From the NCBI GenBank assembly GCA_965237675.1, contig OZ250150.1:1504001-1568000 (forward strand): a DNA stretch of 64,000 nt, read 5' to 3'. The position numbers were made by a program, and so were the translations under genes. Positions 41,873 through 53,867 of this stretch are shown here, in pieces (within the stretch, counting starts at the first letter, position 1; each line of letters starts with the position of its first letter). The notes beneath the pieces are model-generated. The model did no database searches, was not told the DNA's origin, and was given only the letters and a program-made list of their open reading frames with translations. The stretch comes from Candidatus Latescibacterota bacterium (GTDB lineage: Bacteria > Latescibacterota > UBA2968 > GCA-2709665).

Positions 41873-44503
41873 GTAGGGGCAACCCTTGTGGTTGCCCAGG
41901 TGATGGCGTTGATATCGCCCATTGATATAGCCAGGCCATATCGCTAACCGGCTTTAGCTGACCGCTGCAGGCTGATCGCTGACATCAGAGCTAAGGTGAA
42001 TTATTCGCAAAAAAGGTAGATTCGTTACTCCAAGTCATTGTATTATGGTTACGCAAATAACCTTATAGCAATGAATTTGGAAGAAACTACCGTGGGGGCT
42101 CAAGATAGTCATCACAGGATCCTTTTCTCAAGTCTATTCGGTGAAAAGTGAAGGGATTGATCATCATGGAGGACCTCTCCCCCCGGCCCCCTCTCCTGCA
42201 AGGAAAGGGGGAGTTGAACCAGGCGTTGTGCCAACACGGTTTTATATGAGCTCTGATTGAGCGGACCAACCACAATATTTCGCCGGGATTTTTTCAACAA
42301 TGGAAACGTCTTCAGCCAATCCAACGGTTCATTAACCGATCACGGTTCCCCCTTCCTCTCAGGAAGGGGGTTAGGGGGTAGGTCTCGCAGGTCTCGCCAG
42401 AGCTGTCGTTCTTCTTCTAACATGTCAGCCCGCAAACCTCACGCCGACTTCACTTTCTCGATTCACTCGGAAGCTGTTTCTGCTTCCTGAAACTGCAATC
42501 CGTGACAATTCATGAATTAATCAGATCTAAATTATTATTTTTCACGCCCTTTTTCTTGTACGCCCAAGAAAAAGGACCAAAAAGAACGGCGCCGTTCGGC
42601 ACGGGGCCGGTTTTTCCGCGAAACGTTTCAGGGGTAATAAAGGGAATTGGCTGCCCTGAGAGCCACTCAGGTGTACCAGTGCGATGGTGCTGGACGGATT
42701 AGCGCGGAAAAGCCCCGTCACCACCGCTGTTGCATTTTGCGACACCTGGAAGCGGGGGCGTAGCGCCGTCGTTTTATTTGTAGGGGCAACCCTTGTGGTT
42801 GCCCAGGTGATGGCGTTGATATCGCCCATTGATATAGCTAGGCCATATCGCTAACCGGCTTTAGCTGACCGCTGCAGGCTGATCGCTGACATCAGAGCTA
42901 AGGTGAATTATTCGCAAGAAAGGCAGTTTCGTTACTCCAAGTCATTGTATTATGGTTACGCAAATAACCTTATAGCAATGAATTTGGAAGAAACTACCGT
43001 GGGGGCTCAAGATAGTCATCACAGGATCCTTTTCTCAAGTCTTTAGCGAGGACCTCTCCCCCCGGCCCCCTCTCCTGCGAGGAGAGGGGGAGTTAAACCA
43101 GGCGTTGTGCCAACACGGTTTTATATGAGCTCTGATTGAGCGGACCAACCACAATATTTCGCCGGGATTTTTTCAACAATGGAAACGTCTTCAGCCAATC
43201 CAACGGTTCATTAACCGATCACGGTTCCCCCTTCCTCTCAGGAAGGGGGTTAGGGGGTAGGTCTCGCAGGTCTCGCCAGAGCTGTCGTTCTTCTTGTAAC
43301 ATGTCAGCCCGCAAACCTCACGCCGACTTCACTTTCTCGATTCACTCGGAAGCTGTTTCTGCTTCCTGATACCGCTATCCGTGACAATTCATGAATGAAT
43401 CAGATCTAAATTCTTGATTCTTATTTTTCCTCGCCCTTTTTCTTGTACGCCCAAGAAAAAGGGCCAAAAAGAACGGCGCCGCTCAAACGCCGCGGGGCTG
43501 CTTTTCCGCGAAACCCCTCAGTGGCGCAGACCAGCTTCGATGCCCTACGAGCGTTTGCGGAGTTCCCAGGCGACAGGCGTTGGACGGAATAGCGCGGAAA
43601 AACCCCCCACGCCACCGTTGTTGCATTTTGCGACACCTGGAAGCGCGGGTTCCCGCGCCGCCGTTGCAGTTTGTAGGGGCAACCCTTGTGGTTGCCCAGG
43701 TGATGGCGTTGATATCGCCCATTGATATCGCTAGGCCATATCGCTAACCGGCTTTAGCTGACCGCTGCAGGCGGATCGCTGACATCAGAGCTAAGCCTCT
43801 TTAATTCACACAAAAGGAAGTCTCCTTGCTCAAGTCATTGTATTCTGGCTTACTTAATTAACCTTATAACAATGAACCTGGAGCAACCTGGCGTGGAGGC
43901 TCAAGATAATCATCACAGAATCCTTTTCGCGAGTCTTTAGTGAGGACCTCTCCCCCCGGCCCCCTCTCCTGCGAGGAGAGGGGGAGTTGAACCAGGCGTT
44001 GTGCCAACACGGTTTTATATGAGCTCTGATTGAGCGGACCAACCACAATATTTCGCCTGGATTTTTTCAACAATGGAAACGTCTTCAGCCAATCCAACGG
44101 TTCATTAACCGATCGCAGTTCCCCCTTCCTCTCAGGAAGGGGGTTAGGGGGTAGGTCTCGCAGGTCTCGCCAGAGCTGTCGTTCTTCTTCTAACATGTCA
44201 GCCCGCAAACCTCACGCCGACTTCACTTTCTCGATTCACCCGGAAGCTGTTTCTGCTTCCTGAAACTGCAATCCGTGACAATTCATGAATTAATCAGATT
44301 TAAATGCTTGATTTTTCTTCGCCCTTTTTCTTGTACGCCCAAGAAAAAGGGCCAAAAAGAACGGCGCCGCTCAAACGCCGCGGGGCTGCTTTTCCGCGAA
44401 ACCCCTCAGTGGCGCAGACCAGCTTCGATGCCCTACGAGACCTTGCGGAATTTCCAGGCAATAGTGCTGGACGGAATAGCGCGGAAAAGCCCCGTCACCA
44501 CCA
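41873..44503 (+). repeat. Three tandem ~900-bp composite repeat units made of nested MITEs
   Basis: Units start at REPs 41873, 42780 and 43673 (periods 907 and 893 bp), with long near-identical stretches. Confidence 0.92.
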
Positions 44504-44950
44504 CCGGGCGGGTTAGAGAGAAACGCGAGGGACCGGAAAAAAGAACGCCTCCCTCGCGTTCGGAAAGCAAAACGGGACTGGAACGCAAAGCCCGTCCGGA
44601 GGGCAACCAGAGCAGAGCGCGCTATTCCGTCCATCTCGGAGATCGGGTACCCGCCCTCGCTGGCAGGGCAACGGGTCGTGTGCATCCTGTGAGGAAATTC
44701 GCGCTGTGTATAAGTACGGCCCCGCGCCCAGCGGCGACTTTTAAAAGCGGTAAGAAGCAAGAGGCAAGAAGGTAGAAGGGTTAATAACTTTGTCATATGA
44801 AACCCTCTGAACCGGAGTCTCGCTAACTGGAAAATAGAAGTGGATCGCGAAAGAGGGCGCGTAACCGGTGGGTGGCGGCGTGGCCTTCTCACCTCTACCG
44901 TCTTACGTCTCACGGTTTCAAGGAACCCTCCGAAGGCAGGGAATTTGGGG
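44320..44950. mobile_element. Full-length variable-arm element carrying a nested 177-bp element (44743-44919)
   Basis: Left arm 44320-44488 and inverted right arm 44606-44705. Second full copy at 51483-52110. Confidence 0.65.
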
Positions 44951-45054
44951 AGATGTAGAATTGGATTCTGGTTTTCGCTCTTTGCTACAAGGTGTCTGCT
45001 GACCGCTAATAGCTGTTTTTTCTGATCGCTATTTGTTGCTTTGGGGTTTCTCCA

Positions 45055-45924
45055 ATGGATCGCGTGGTTGAAAACGCCCCGGCCAAGCTCAACCTGGGTC
45101 TGAAAATCCTGGGCCGCCGGGCGGATGGGTATCACGATATCGTTTCCGTGCTTCAGACGGTGGATCTGTGCGACCGGCTGGTGTTCACGCCCGCGGCGCC
45201 CGGGGAAACCCTGATTGTCTGCGACCATCCGGACGTTCCCGAGGGGCCGGAAAACCTCGTCCATCGGGCCGTGGAGATTCTGCGCCGCGCAACGGGGGCC
45301 GACCACGGGGTGCGCGTGGATCTGAACAAACGGATACCGACGGGTGCGGGCCTGGGCGGCGGAAGTTCCGACGCGGCCACGTCCCTGCGGGCGCTGGACC
45401 GGCTCTGGGGACTGCATTTGCATCCGGAAAAATTGGCCGCGCTCGCGGCGGAACTCGGGTCCGACGTCCCGTTCTTTCTCACCGGAGGCACGGCCGTCGT
45501 GACGGGGCGCGGGGAGCGGATCCGGCCCGTCGATTGGGGGGGCGAATTCTGGTACGTGCTGGTGTATCCCGGGTTCCCCGTGTCCACCGCCTGGGCCTAT
45601 CGAAACGTGAGAATTGGCTTGACAGAAACCCGGGCGTATGGTAGATTTCTGGACTTTACGATAAAATCCGGCCGGATCTGCGCTGGCCGATTGTTCGCGT
45701 GCCTGGAAAACGACTTTCTGCCGCTCGTGGAAGCCGCAAGCACCGACGTCGCGCGGATCCTTACGGCGCTGGTCGGCGAGGGGGCGGTCGCATGCTCCCT
45801 TTCGGGCAGCGGATCCACGCTCTTCGGCGTTTTTCGCGAGGCCCGGCAGGCGTCGGCCGCGGTTGCGCTTGTACAGGGCCGCGGGCGTCGGGTCTATCTG
45901 TGTCGTAACCGGCCCCGGGCGTGA
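45055..45924 (+). CDS. ispE: 4-diphosphocytidyl-2-C-methyl-D-erythritol kinase
   Basis: APAKLNLGL, KRIPTGAGLGGGSSDAA, LGSDVPFF, GRGE, NDF, SGSGST. Confidence 0.97.
   Translation: MDRVVENAPAKLNLGLKILGRRADGYHDIVSVLQTVDLCDRLVFTPAAPGETLIVCDHPDVPEGPENLVHRAVEILRRATGADHGVRVDLNKRIPTGAGLGGGSSDAATSLRALDRLWGLHLHPEKLAALAAELGSDVPFFLTGGTAVVTGRGERIRPVDWGGEFWYVLVYPGFPVSTAWAYRNVRIGLTETRAYGRFLDFTIKSGRICAGRLFACLENDFLPLVEAASTDVARILTALVGEGAVACSLSGSGSTLFGVFREARQASAAVALVQGRGRRVYLCRNRPRA
45619..45647 (+). promoter_or_regulatory. Promoter internal to ispE, probably driving tRNA-Gln-rplY
   Basis: TTGACA-N17-TAGATT with extended -10 TG. Confidence 0.6.
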
Positions 45925-46067
45925 GTTCGGCAGAGCGGCCGGCCTCGTCGGAACCGGATCGGCTGTTGCAACGATATATTATTGTATAGAAAACGACCCC
46001 GGTCGATTGCCGCCTCAATGGAGGTTTGGGGATCGATCGTAGCGCGCACCCGGGTTACCGTATTTGA

Positions 46068-46138
46068 TGCCGGGTCGTCTAAAGGTAAGACAACGGCCTT
46101 TGGAGCCGTCTATCGGGGTTCGAATCCCTGCCCGGCAG
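46068..46138 (+). tRNA. tRNA-Gln (anticodon TTG), CCA not encoded
   Basis: Acceptor stem TGCCGGG/CCCGGCA, anticodon arm ACGGC-CTTTGGA-GCCGT, T-loop GGTTCGAATCC. Conserved position after ispE. Confidence 0.95.
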
Positions 46139-46172
46139 TTTAAAGTCGCACCGTTCAGTGGAGGATCAGTCA

Positions 46173-46859
46173 ATGGCTGACAATAACGGCGTAAGGCTGC
46201 AGGCCGAAGTACGCACGGGAACCGGAAAGGGCGAGGCCAAGCGCATCCGGCGTACCGGAAGGATACCGGCGGTGGTCTATGGGGACCGGAGCGCGCCCGT
46301 CACCTGTTCGGTCGACGCGAAGGCGTTATCAACGGTCTTGCACGAACACGGGCGGAATACGCTTCTGTCCCTGGTTCTGGGCAACGGCGAGAGCGAATCC
46401 GAAAACACCGCCATTGTCAAAGATCTTCAACACCACCCGATCGGCGACCACGTCCTCCACGTGGATTTTTACCGGATTTCGCTCACCCAGAAAATCGTTG
46501 TGGAAGTGCGCATCGAGCCCGAAGGCATTCCGGCCGGCGTCCGTGCGGAGAGCGGTATTCTGGAGCAGTTGCTGCACCATGTGGAGGTGTCCTGCCTGCC
46601 CGGCGAGATTCCGGAACGCATCGGGTACGAGGTTACGAATCTGAATATCGGAGATTCGGTGCATGTGTCCGATCTGAGCGTGACGGCCAACGTGGAGATC
46701 GTTGCCGAGGGCGACCGGTCCGTGTTCGTGGTGGTTCCGCCAACCGTGGCCCCGGTCGTAGAGGAAGAGGAAGAGGAAGAGGACATGGAGGCCGAGGCCG
46801 AGATGCAGGAACCCGAGGTGATCGAACGCGGCAAACGCGAGGAAGACGAGGACGAATAG
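46173..46859 (+). CDS. rplY: 50S ribosomal protein L25/Ctc
   Basis: GKGEAKRIRRTGRIPAVVYG, LHVDF, acidic tail. GGAGGA RBS. Confidence 0.96.
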   Translation: MADNNGVRLQAEVRTGTGKGEAKRIRRTGRIPAVVYGDRSAPVTCSVDAKALSTVLHEHGRNTLLSLVLGNGESESENTAIVKDLQHHPIGDHVLHVDFYRISLTQKIVVEVRIEPEGIPAGVRAESGILEQLLHHVEVSCLPGEIPERIGYEVTNLNIGDSVHVSDLSVTANVEIVAEGDRSVFVVVPPTVAPVVEEEEEEEDMEAEAEMQEPEVIERGKREEDEDE

Positions 46860-46956
46860 CGGTGTGCCGACGTGTCGCAAAATGCGACACCTGGGGCCGC
46901 GGGGAGGTCTTCTTGCGTCTCACGTGTTGCTTCTTGCCGCATGAAGGCGGTGCGGA

Positions 46957-47523
46957 GTGACAGCTAAGGTTGTCGTGGGTCTGGGCAACCCGGGTTCCGA
47001 ATACGCTCATACCCGCCACAACCTGGGCTTTCGGGTGGTCGATCTGCTGGCGGGAAGGTTGAAGGGAACCTGGTCGGAAAGCACCTGGTATTTTTTTTGC
47101 CGGATCGCGACGGGTTCCGAGACGCTGGTGCTCGTGAAACCGACCACTTTCATGAATCGAAGCGGCGTTGCGGTTACAGACGTTCTGGATCGATTCGAAG
47201 CCGATGTCGAGGACGTTCTGGTGGTGGTGGACGACGTCCACCTCGACCTGGGCCGGATCCGGTTGCGGCGCGGGGGCAGCGACGGGGGGCACAACGGGCT
47301 GCGGTCGATTATCGATTGCGTCGGGTCCGCCGCGTTTCCCAGGCTGCGACTGGGTATCGGCGCACCGCCGGAGGGTACGGACCGGATCGGGCACGTTCTG
47401 AGCGCGTTAGAAGCCGGAGAATACGACACGGTCGAGGCGGCGATTCGCGAAGCGGCCAGCGGTGTGAGATGCTGGATGGAATCCGGAATAGACGTGGCGA
47501 TGAATCGGTATAATTCACTGTAG
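46957..47523 (+). CDS. pth: Peptidyl-tRNA hydrolase
   Basis: VGLGNPG..Y..TRHNLGF, KPTTFMNRSG, GGHNGL.SI, RLRLGIG. Confidence 0.97.
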   Translation: MTAKVVVGLGNPGSEYAHTRHNLGFRVVDLLAGRLKGTWSESTWYFFCRIATGSETLVLVKPTTFMNRSGVAVTDVLDRFEADVEDVLVVVDDVHLDLGRIRLRRGGSDGGHNGLRSIIDCVGSAAFPRLRLGIGAPPEGTDRIGHVLSALEAGEYDTVEAAIREAASGVRCWMESGIDVAMNRYNSL

Positions 47524-47524
47524 G

Positions 47525-48960
47525 AGCAACCCTCACGGCCGCTCCCCGGGAGCGCGGGCGTCTCGCCCGCATGGCGCCGACGTCGCATTTGTAGGGGCAA
47601 CCCTTGTGGTTGCCCGCATCACGACGCTGACATCCGTGATAATGATATCGCCAGGCCATATTGAAAGCCGGTTTTAGCTCACTGCTGATGGCTGACATCA
47701 GAGCCAAATTCTTAAATATTATTTTTCCTCGCCCTTTTTCTTGTACGCCCAAGAATCGGCTGGAAGCAAGAGGGAAGACGTGGGAAGGGTTGGTAACATT
47801 GTCGGATGACACCCCCGCACAATGGCTTGTCGAGCCGTTGAGGAAGCGTGTGTGAAGGTGGGGCAGACATTCCTGTCTGCCCATCTCGTGTTTACGCAAC
47901 ACTTCGTTCGACTCCCCCTCTCCTCGCAGGAGAGGGGGCCGGGGGGAGAGGTCCTTCTGCCGGAATGCAGACAGAAGAAAGGGTTGCGCCGACGTCAGCA
48001 TTTGTAGGGGCAACCCTTGTGGTTACCCGCGTCAGGGCGATGTTATCGGTAATGGTCTTCGCCAGGCCATATTGCAACGGACTCTCGCCGAGTTGAAGTT
48101 GACCGCTCATCTTCCGAAAGCCAGTCAGTTCTCGATCGCGAGCCCTGTCCGGAGGACCACCAGAGCAGAGCGCGCGGTTCCGTCCATCTCGGAGATCGGG
48201 TACCCGCCCTCGCAGGTAGGGCAACGGGTCGTGTGCATCCTGTGAGGGTGTTCGCGCTGTGTATATGGCAGGCTCCGCCTGCCTGTGCGTTGCCGCACGC
48301 AGACAGGCGCCTGGCGGCGACTTTTAAAAGCGGTAAGAAGCAAGAAGGTAGAAGGGTTAATAACTTTGTCATATGAAACCCTCTGAACCGGAGTCTCGCT
48401 AACTGGAAAATAGAAGTGGATCGCGAAAGAGGGCGCGTAACCGGTGGGTGGCGGCGTGGCCTTCTCACCTCTCCCGTCTTTCGTCTCACGGTTTCAAGGA
48501 ACCCTCCGGAGGCAGGGAATTTGAGGAGAGGTTGTGATTTTGGAGTAAAATTCTTATTTATTATTTTCTTCGCCCTTTTTCTTGTACGCCCAAGAAAAAG
48601 GGCCAAAAAGAACGGCGCCGCTCAAACGCCGCGGGGCTGCTTTTCCGCAAATCGCCTCAACAGTGTCGACAGGCTTTGGTGCCCTTTGTCCCTTCCATCC
48701 GTTCCTGAACCATGGTGGTGGACGGATTAGCGCGGAAAAGCCCCGTCACCACCACCGGGCGGGCGTGAGGCAGATCGGGAAGGACCGCCACGCGGATTGG
48801 CTTCGAACCGCAGGTGTCGCATTTGTAGGGGCAACCCTTGTGGTTACCCGCGTCAGGGCGATGTTATCGGTAATGGTCTTCGCCAGGCCATATTGCAACG
48901 GACTCTCGCCGGGTTTAAGCTGATTCCTGTTTTTCCCCTTGTGTCTTCGTGTGAGTTGAT
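47525..48960. repeat. Intergenic REP/MITE mosaic island
   Basis: REPs at 47591, 48004 and 48825, RAYT-flank homolog at ~47831-47990 (minus), 170-bp element at 48326-48495, variable arms at 48159-48262 and 48571-48739. Confidence 0.88.
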
Positions 48961-49010
48961 TGTCGACTTTCCTGCTGTATGCTGACTGCTGCTTTTTCAG
49001 GAGGATTCTT

Positions 49011-51038
49011 ATGGTCTGGACGCCAATAGTCTGGACGCCAATCTTTGGGATTGCCGGGTTGCTGGTCGCCGGGCTGATTTACTTGAGAATTGCCCGTAAA
49101 CCGGCCGGAACGGATCGGATGCGAGAGATTTCGGATGCCATCCACGAAGGCGCCATGGCGTTCTTGAAACGCGAATACGTGGTTCTGGCGGTTTTCATCG
49201 TGGCGGTTTTCATCTTGCTTTCGATCGGGATCAGGCCGTTCAGCACGGCGTTCGCGTTCCTGGCCGGCGCAATCTGTTCCATCGGCGCCGGTTTTTTCGG
49301 TATGAAGGCGGCCACCAAGGCCAACGTGCGCACCGCGTATGCCGCCAACCGCGAGGGCCAGGCAGAGGCCCTGGGCGTGGCTTTCTCCGGCGGAACGGTG
49401 ATGGGCCTCTCGGTGGCCAGCCTCGGGCTGTTGGGCGTGGGCGTGCTGTTCCTCCTGTTCGGTAATGCGGACCAGGCCGTGGTCATCAACGGATTCGCCA
49501 TGGGCGCCAGTTCCATCGCCCTGTTCGCGCGTGTGGGCGGCGGTATCTATACCAAAACGGCCGACGTGGGGGCCGACCTGGTCGGCAAGGTGGAGGCCGG
49601 CATTCCCGAGGACGACCCGCGCAACCCCGCGGCGCTCGCCGATTTCGTGGGCGACAACGTGGGCGACGTGGCCGGGATGGGGGCCGATATCTTCGAGTCC
49701 TACGTGGGATCGATCGTGGCAACCATCGCCATCGCGGCCACGGCCGGGCCGGCCCTGATGGACACGTTGGCCGGCAGTTCCGTGTATGCCGACGCGGCCG
49801 TGAAACTGACGGCTATGCAACTGCCGCTTATCGTGGCCACGATCGGCCTGGTGGCATCGCTGATCGGCATGTTGTCCATGCCGGTCCTGCAGCGTTTCAA
49901 TCCCGCGTCCGCCCTTCGCTACGCTTCGTTCGTGGCCGCCATCGTCATGTTCGCCGGCAGCTATTTCGCGGTGGACGGCTTGGGGCTCTCCGAAGGCGTG
50001 TTCTGGGCGATTCTGCTGGGCGGCCTCACCGGCATTCTGATTGGCCTGCTCACCGAATATTACACCGGCGGCCCACCGGTCAGAAGGGTGGCCGAAGCCT
50101 CTGAAACCGGGCCCGCCACCAATATCATCTCGGGCCTGGCCATCGGCATGCAGAGCACGTTTCTGCCCGTACTGGCCATCTGCGCCGCCATCGGGTTCGC
50201 CCATCATTTCGCCGGGCTTTACGGCATCGGCATCGCGGCCGTGGGGATGCTGGCAACCGTGGGCATCACCATGGCGGTGGACGCGTACGGGCCCATCGCG
50301 GACAACGCGGGCGGCATTTCCGAAATGGCGGAACTCGGACCCGAAACCCGGAAGATCACGGACGGCCTGGACGCGCTGGGCAACACCACGGCGGCCATCG
50401 GCAAGGGCTTCGCCATCGGATCGGCGGCTCTGACGGCCCTGGCCCTCTTCTCGGCCTACGCCTCGACCGTGAAACTGGAGGTGATCAACCTCACCTCGCC
50501 GATGGTGGTGATCGGCCTTTTCATCGGTGGTTCCATCCCGTTCCTCGTCGCCGCCCAGACCATGACCTCGGTGGGGCGGGCGGCCTTCCGGATGGTGGAA
50601 GAGGTCCGGCGGCAGTTCCGGGAGATTCCCGGGTTGATGGAAGGCACCGGCAAACCCGATACCCGGCGCTGCGTGGATATCAGTACGGTCGCGGCGCTGC
50701 GGGAAATGGTGCCGCCCGGGGTCGTTGCCTTGCTCACGCCCGTGCTGGTCGGATTCATCCTCGGCAAGGAAGCGCTCGGCGGCATGCTGGCCGGCGCCCT
50801 GTTGAGCGGCATGCTGATGGCGCTGATGATGGCCAACAGCGGCGGCGTGCTGGATAACGGAAAGAAATACATCGAGGACGGCCACTTCGGCGGCAAGGGG
50901 TCCGAAGCCCACATGGCCTCGGTGGTCGGCGACACCGTGGGGGATCCGCTGAAGGACACCTCCGGCCCCTCGCTCAACATATTGATCAAATTGATGTCCG
51001 TCGTCTCGCTCGTGCTTGCACCGCTATTGATCGACTGA
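49011..51038 (+). CDS. hppA: Membrane-bound K+-dependent ion-translocating pyrophosphatase (probably Na+)
   Basis: [73 protein letters not shown]. Confidence 0.95.
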   Translation: MVWTPIVWTPIFGIAGLLVAGLIYLRIARKPAGTDRMREISDAIHEGAMAFLKREYVVLAVFIVAVFILLSIGIRPFSTAFAFLAGAICSIGAGFFGMKAATKANVRTAYAANREGQAEALGVAFSGGTVMGLSVASLGLLGVGVLFLLFGNADQAVVINGFAMGASSIALFARVGGGIYTKTADVGADLVGKVEAGIPEDDPRNPAALADFVGDNVGDVAGMGADIFESYVGSIVATIAIAATAGPALMDTLAGSSVYADAAVKLTAMQLPLIVATIGLVASLIGMLSMPVLQRFNPASALRYASFVAAIVMFAGSYFAVDGLGLSEGVFWAILLGGLTGILIGLLTEYYTGGPPVRRVAEASETGPATNIISGLAIGMQSTFLPVLAICAAIGFAHHFAGLYGIGIAAVGMLATVGITMAVDAYGPIADNAGGISEMAELGPETRKITDGLDALGNTTAAIGKGFAIGSAALTALALFSAYASTVKLEVINLTSPMVVIGLFIGGSIPFLVAAQTMTSVGRAAFRMVEEVRRQFREIPGLMEGTGKPDTRRCVDISTVAALREMVPPGVVALLTPVLVGFILGKEALGGMLAGALLSGMLMALMMANSGGVLDNGKKYIEDGHFGGKGSEAHMASVVGDTVGDPLKDTSGPSLNILIKLMSVVSLVLAPLLID

Positions 51039-51059
51039 TATAATAACACGGCCGGTTCG

Positions 51060-52190
51060 CAGGATTCCCTGGCGCCGCGTCGTCGTTGCATTTTGCAGGA
51101 GCAACCCTTGTGGTTGCCCGCATCAAGGCGCTGACATCCGTGATTATGATATCGCCAGACCATATTGCAAGCCGGTTTTAGCTGACCGCTGTCAGCTCGA
51201 CGTTGAAAAGCCAGTCGGTTCTCGATCGCGAGCCCTGTCCGGAGGACCACCAGAGCAGAGCGCGCGGTTCCGTCCAGGGCCGAGTACCGATGTTCTTCCG
51301 TGGTTGGCAGGGCAGAGGATCATGTGCATCTCGTGAGGGGATTCGCGCTGTGCATAAGTACGGCCCCGCGCCCAGCGGCGACTTTTGGTTCCTTTTGGTC
51401 GGTTCAAAAGGAACTCGCCGAAGGCAGGTAATTTGGGGAGAGGTTGTGATTTTGGAGTAAAATTCTTATTTATTATTTTTTACGCCCTTTTTCTTTCTCG
51501 CCCAAGAAAAAGGGCCAAAAAGAACGGCGCTGCTCAGACGCCGCAGGGCTGGTTTTTCCGCGAAACGCCTCAGTGGAGAAATCGTGAGACATTGCCCTGA
51601 GACCGCCTGAGCATACACGGGACAATAGTGTTGGACGGAATAGCGCGGAAAAACCCCCCACGCCACCACCGGGCGGGTTAGTGAAACGCGAAGGACCGGA
51701 AAAAAGAACATCTCCCTCGCGTTCCGAAAGCAAAATGGGACTGGACGGCAAAGCCCGTCTGGAGGATAACCAAAGCAGAGCGCGCGGTTCCGTCTCGCAC
51801 GGAGTACCCAATTTCTTCCGTGTTTGGCAGGGCACCGGCTTTGTTGCGTCCGCCGTCGAGATTCGCGCTGTGTATAAGTACGGCCCCGCGCCCAGCGGCG
51901 ACTTTTAAAAGCGGTAAGAAGCAAGAGGCAAGAAGGTAGAAGGGTTAATAACTTTGTCATATGAAACCCTCTGAACCGGAGTCTCGCTAACTGGAAAATA
52001 GAAGTGGATCGCGAAAGAGGGCGCGTAACCGGTGGGTGGCGGCGTGGCCTTCTCACCTCTCCCGTCTTTCGTCTCACGGTTTTAAGGAACCCTCCGGAGG
52101 CAGGGAATTTGGGGAGAGGTTGTGGTTTTGAATTTGTCTTTTGCTTATAGCTGACCGCTGTACACTGACTGCTGACCGCTGAAAGCTGTT
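51060..52190. repeat. Intergenic REP/MITE mosaic island
   Basis: Variable arms at 51249-51350, 51483-51652 and 51769-51872, 177-bp element at 51907-52083, heptamer runs. Confidence 0.88.
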
Positions 52191-52258
52191 TCCCATTCAC
52201 CCCGCTCGAGGCCGCCCGGTCGGGCCGCCTTCGGGCCACACGTCCAAGGGGAGGTTCC

Positions 52259-52621
52259 ATGGCAAAACGTTACGAACTCACGATCATCGTCAATACCCAG
52301 GCGCCGGAAGGCGGTGTGGACCGCATCGTCGCGGGTTTCGAACGCCTGCTTTCGGAGAACGGCGGCAGCACGGTCAACGTCAACCGTCTGGGCACGCGCA
52401 AGCTGGCGTACGAAATCGGCAAACAGCAGCGCGGCGACTACACGTTCATCCGCTTCGAGACCTCGCCGGACGTCCTTCCCGAGGTGGACAGGATGTTCAA
52501 ACTGGACGAATCCGTGCTGCGGCACATGGTCGTCCTGGACGAGACCCCCGTGGAGGAAGAACCGGAAGCGGCCGAAGAAGACGAAAACACGGATTCAGAC
52601 GCGAAAAAGGAGGGCGCATGA
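52259..52621 (+). CDS. rpsF: 30S ribosomal protein S6
   Basis: RYELTII, G.RKLAYEI.K...[10 protein letters not shown]. Confidence 0.95.
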   Translation: MAKRYELTIIVNTQAPEGGVDRIVAGFERLLSENGGSTVNVNRLGTRKLAYEIGKQQRGDYTFIRFETSPDVLPEVDRMFKLDESVLRHMVVLDETPVEEEPEAAEEDENTDSDAKKEGA

Positions 52622-52706
52622 ACCGGTCCAAACAACGCGAAAAAGGAGGGCGCACGAACGGGCCCAATATACGCGAAAAAGGTGGGCGCATGAACCGGCC
52701 CAGTAT
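52599..52706 (+). repeat. 3 x 36-bp tandem repeat spanning the rpsF stop, rpsR RBS and start
   Basis: ACGCGAAAAAGG(A/T)GGGCGCA(T/C)GAAC(C/G)GG... units at 52599, 52635 and 52671. Confidence 0.9.
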
Positions 52707-52914
52707 AAAGGTTTGCAGATTTTGTGAAGACAAGGCGTTGACGATCGATTACAAGGACGTGCGGATGCTCCAGCGGTTCGTGACGGAACGGGGAAAGATT
52801 ATCCCCCGGCGCGTGTCGGGTACCTGCGCCAGGCACCAGCGCATCCTCACCCGGAATCTCAAGCGCGCCCGCCAGATCGCGCTGTTGCCCTTTACAACAG
52901 ACAACATGAATTAG
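52618..52914 (+). CDS. rpsR: 30S ribosomal protein S18 (Zn-binding C+ form)
   Basis: [34 protein letters not shown]. Alternative start at 52690. Confidence 0.96.
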   Translation: MNRSKQREKGGRTNGPNIREKGGRMNRPSIKVCRFCEDKALTIDYKDVRMLQRFVTERGKIIPRRVSGTCARHQRILTRNLKRARQIALLPFTTDNMN

Positions 52915-52919
52915 AGTGG

Positions 52920-53810
52920 AAAGAGGTAAGAAGTAAGAGGCAAGAGGTGTTGGTAACTTTGTCACATGAGACGTCCGCAACCGGACTCTCGCAATATTCA
53001 AAAAGAAGCGGATTACGAAAGGGGGCGCGAGACTGGTGGGTTGGGGTGTGGTCCTCTCACTTCTCTCGTCTTTCCTCTTACGGCTTTTTTTGGAACTGCG
53101 TTTCGGGCAGACACTGGCATTTCTACTCTCTTCATCCTTTTTTCTTTTTCCTCGCCCTTTTTCTTGTACGCCCAAGAAAAAGGGCCAAAAAGAACGGCGC
53201 CGCTCAAACGCCGCGGGGCTGCTTTTCCGCGAAACGCGTCGGTGGCGGTGAACGGAGGAGGTGGCCTAAGAGCCTCTAAAGAGTTCCTGTACGCAGGCGT
53301 GGGACGGATTGGCGCGGAAAAGCCCCATCTCCGCCACCGTGCGCGCGAGACGTTGACCGGTAAGGCCCTCCGAGCGGGTTTGCGATTGTACCGCTTTTCG
53401 CTGTCTGCAGCTTGCGGTTTTTTCCTTTGTGTTTTTGTGTGAGGCGGTGTTTTCGTGGGTACAGGCGGGCGACCGGCCGGTCGCCCCTACCAAAACCAGG
53501 TATCCGCGAATTGACATCGCCGGTCCGTATCGCTAACCCTCCCCCTCTCCCCGTGGGAGAGGGGGCCGGGGGGTGAGGGACTTGGGGCCGATGTGGATTG
53601 GCATCGCCAGGCCGTATGGCAATCTGCCTTTTGCTTTTCGTTCTTAGCTGACCGCTGATAGCTTTCTGCTGCTTTCGTCGATGCTGCTGCCCGCTACAAA
53701 TATATCGGGGTTAACTCCCCCTTTCCTTTAGGAGAGGGGGCCGGGGGGAGAGGTCCCGCTTTTTTTTGCCTTTTGTTGTAAGCTGACTGCTGACCGCTGA
53801 TAGCTGTTCG
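52920..53810. repeat. Intergenic mosaic, including 289-bp direct repeat 53302-53590
   Basis: 53302-53590 matches 54668-54956. Variable arm at 53153-53321. Confidence 0.88.
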
Positions 53811-53867
53811 CTATATAATTAATGTAAAACGCCAGATGGCCATCGCGCCGAACGAAAGGGAACCACC

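Noticed and set aside
41873-44503. CRISPR array or other spacer array
   Set aside because: Units are ~900 bp and mostly shared, not 23-47-bp repeats with unique spacers. No cas genes in the window.
42087-45423. Small ORFs recurring in repeat islands (e.g. FLYAQEKGPKRTAP, ATTRVAPT, PPGPLS, FQLARLRFRGFHM)
   Set aside because: Translations of non-coding repeat modules in varying frames and strands, with no RBS or consistent boundaries
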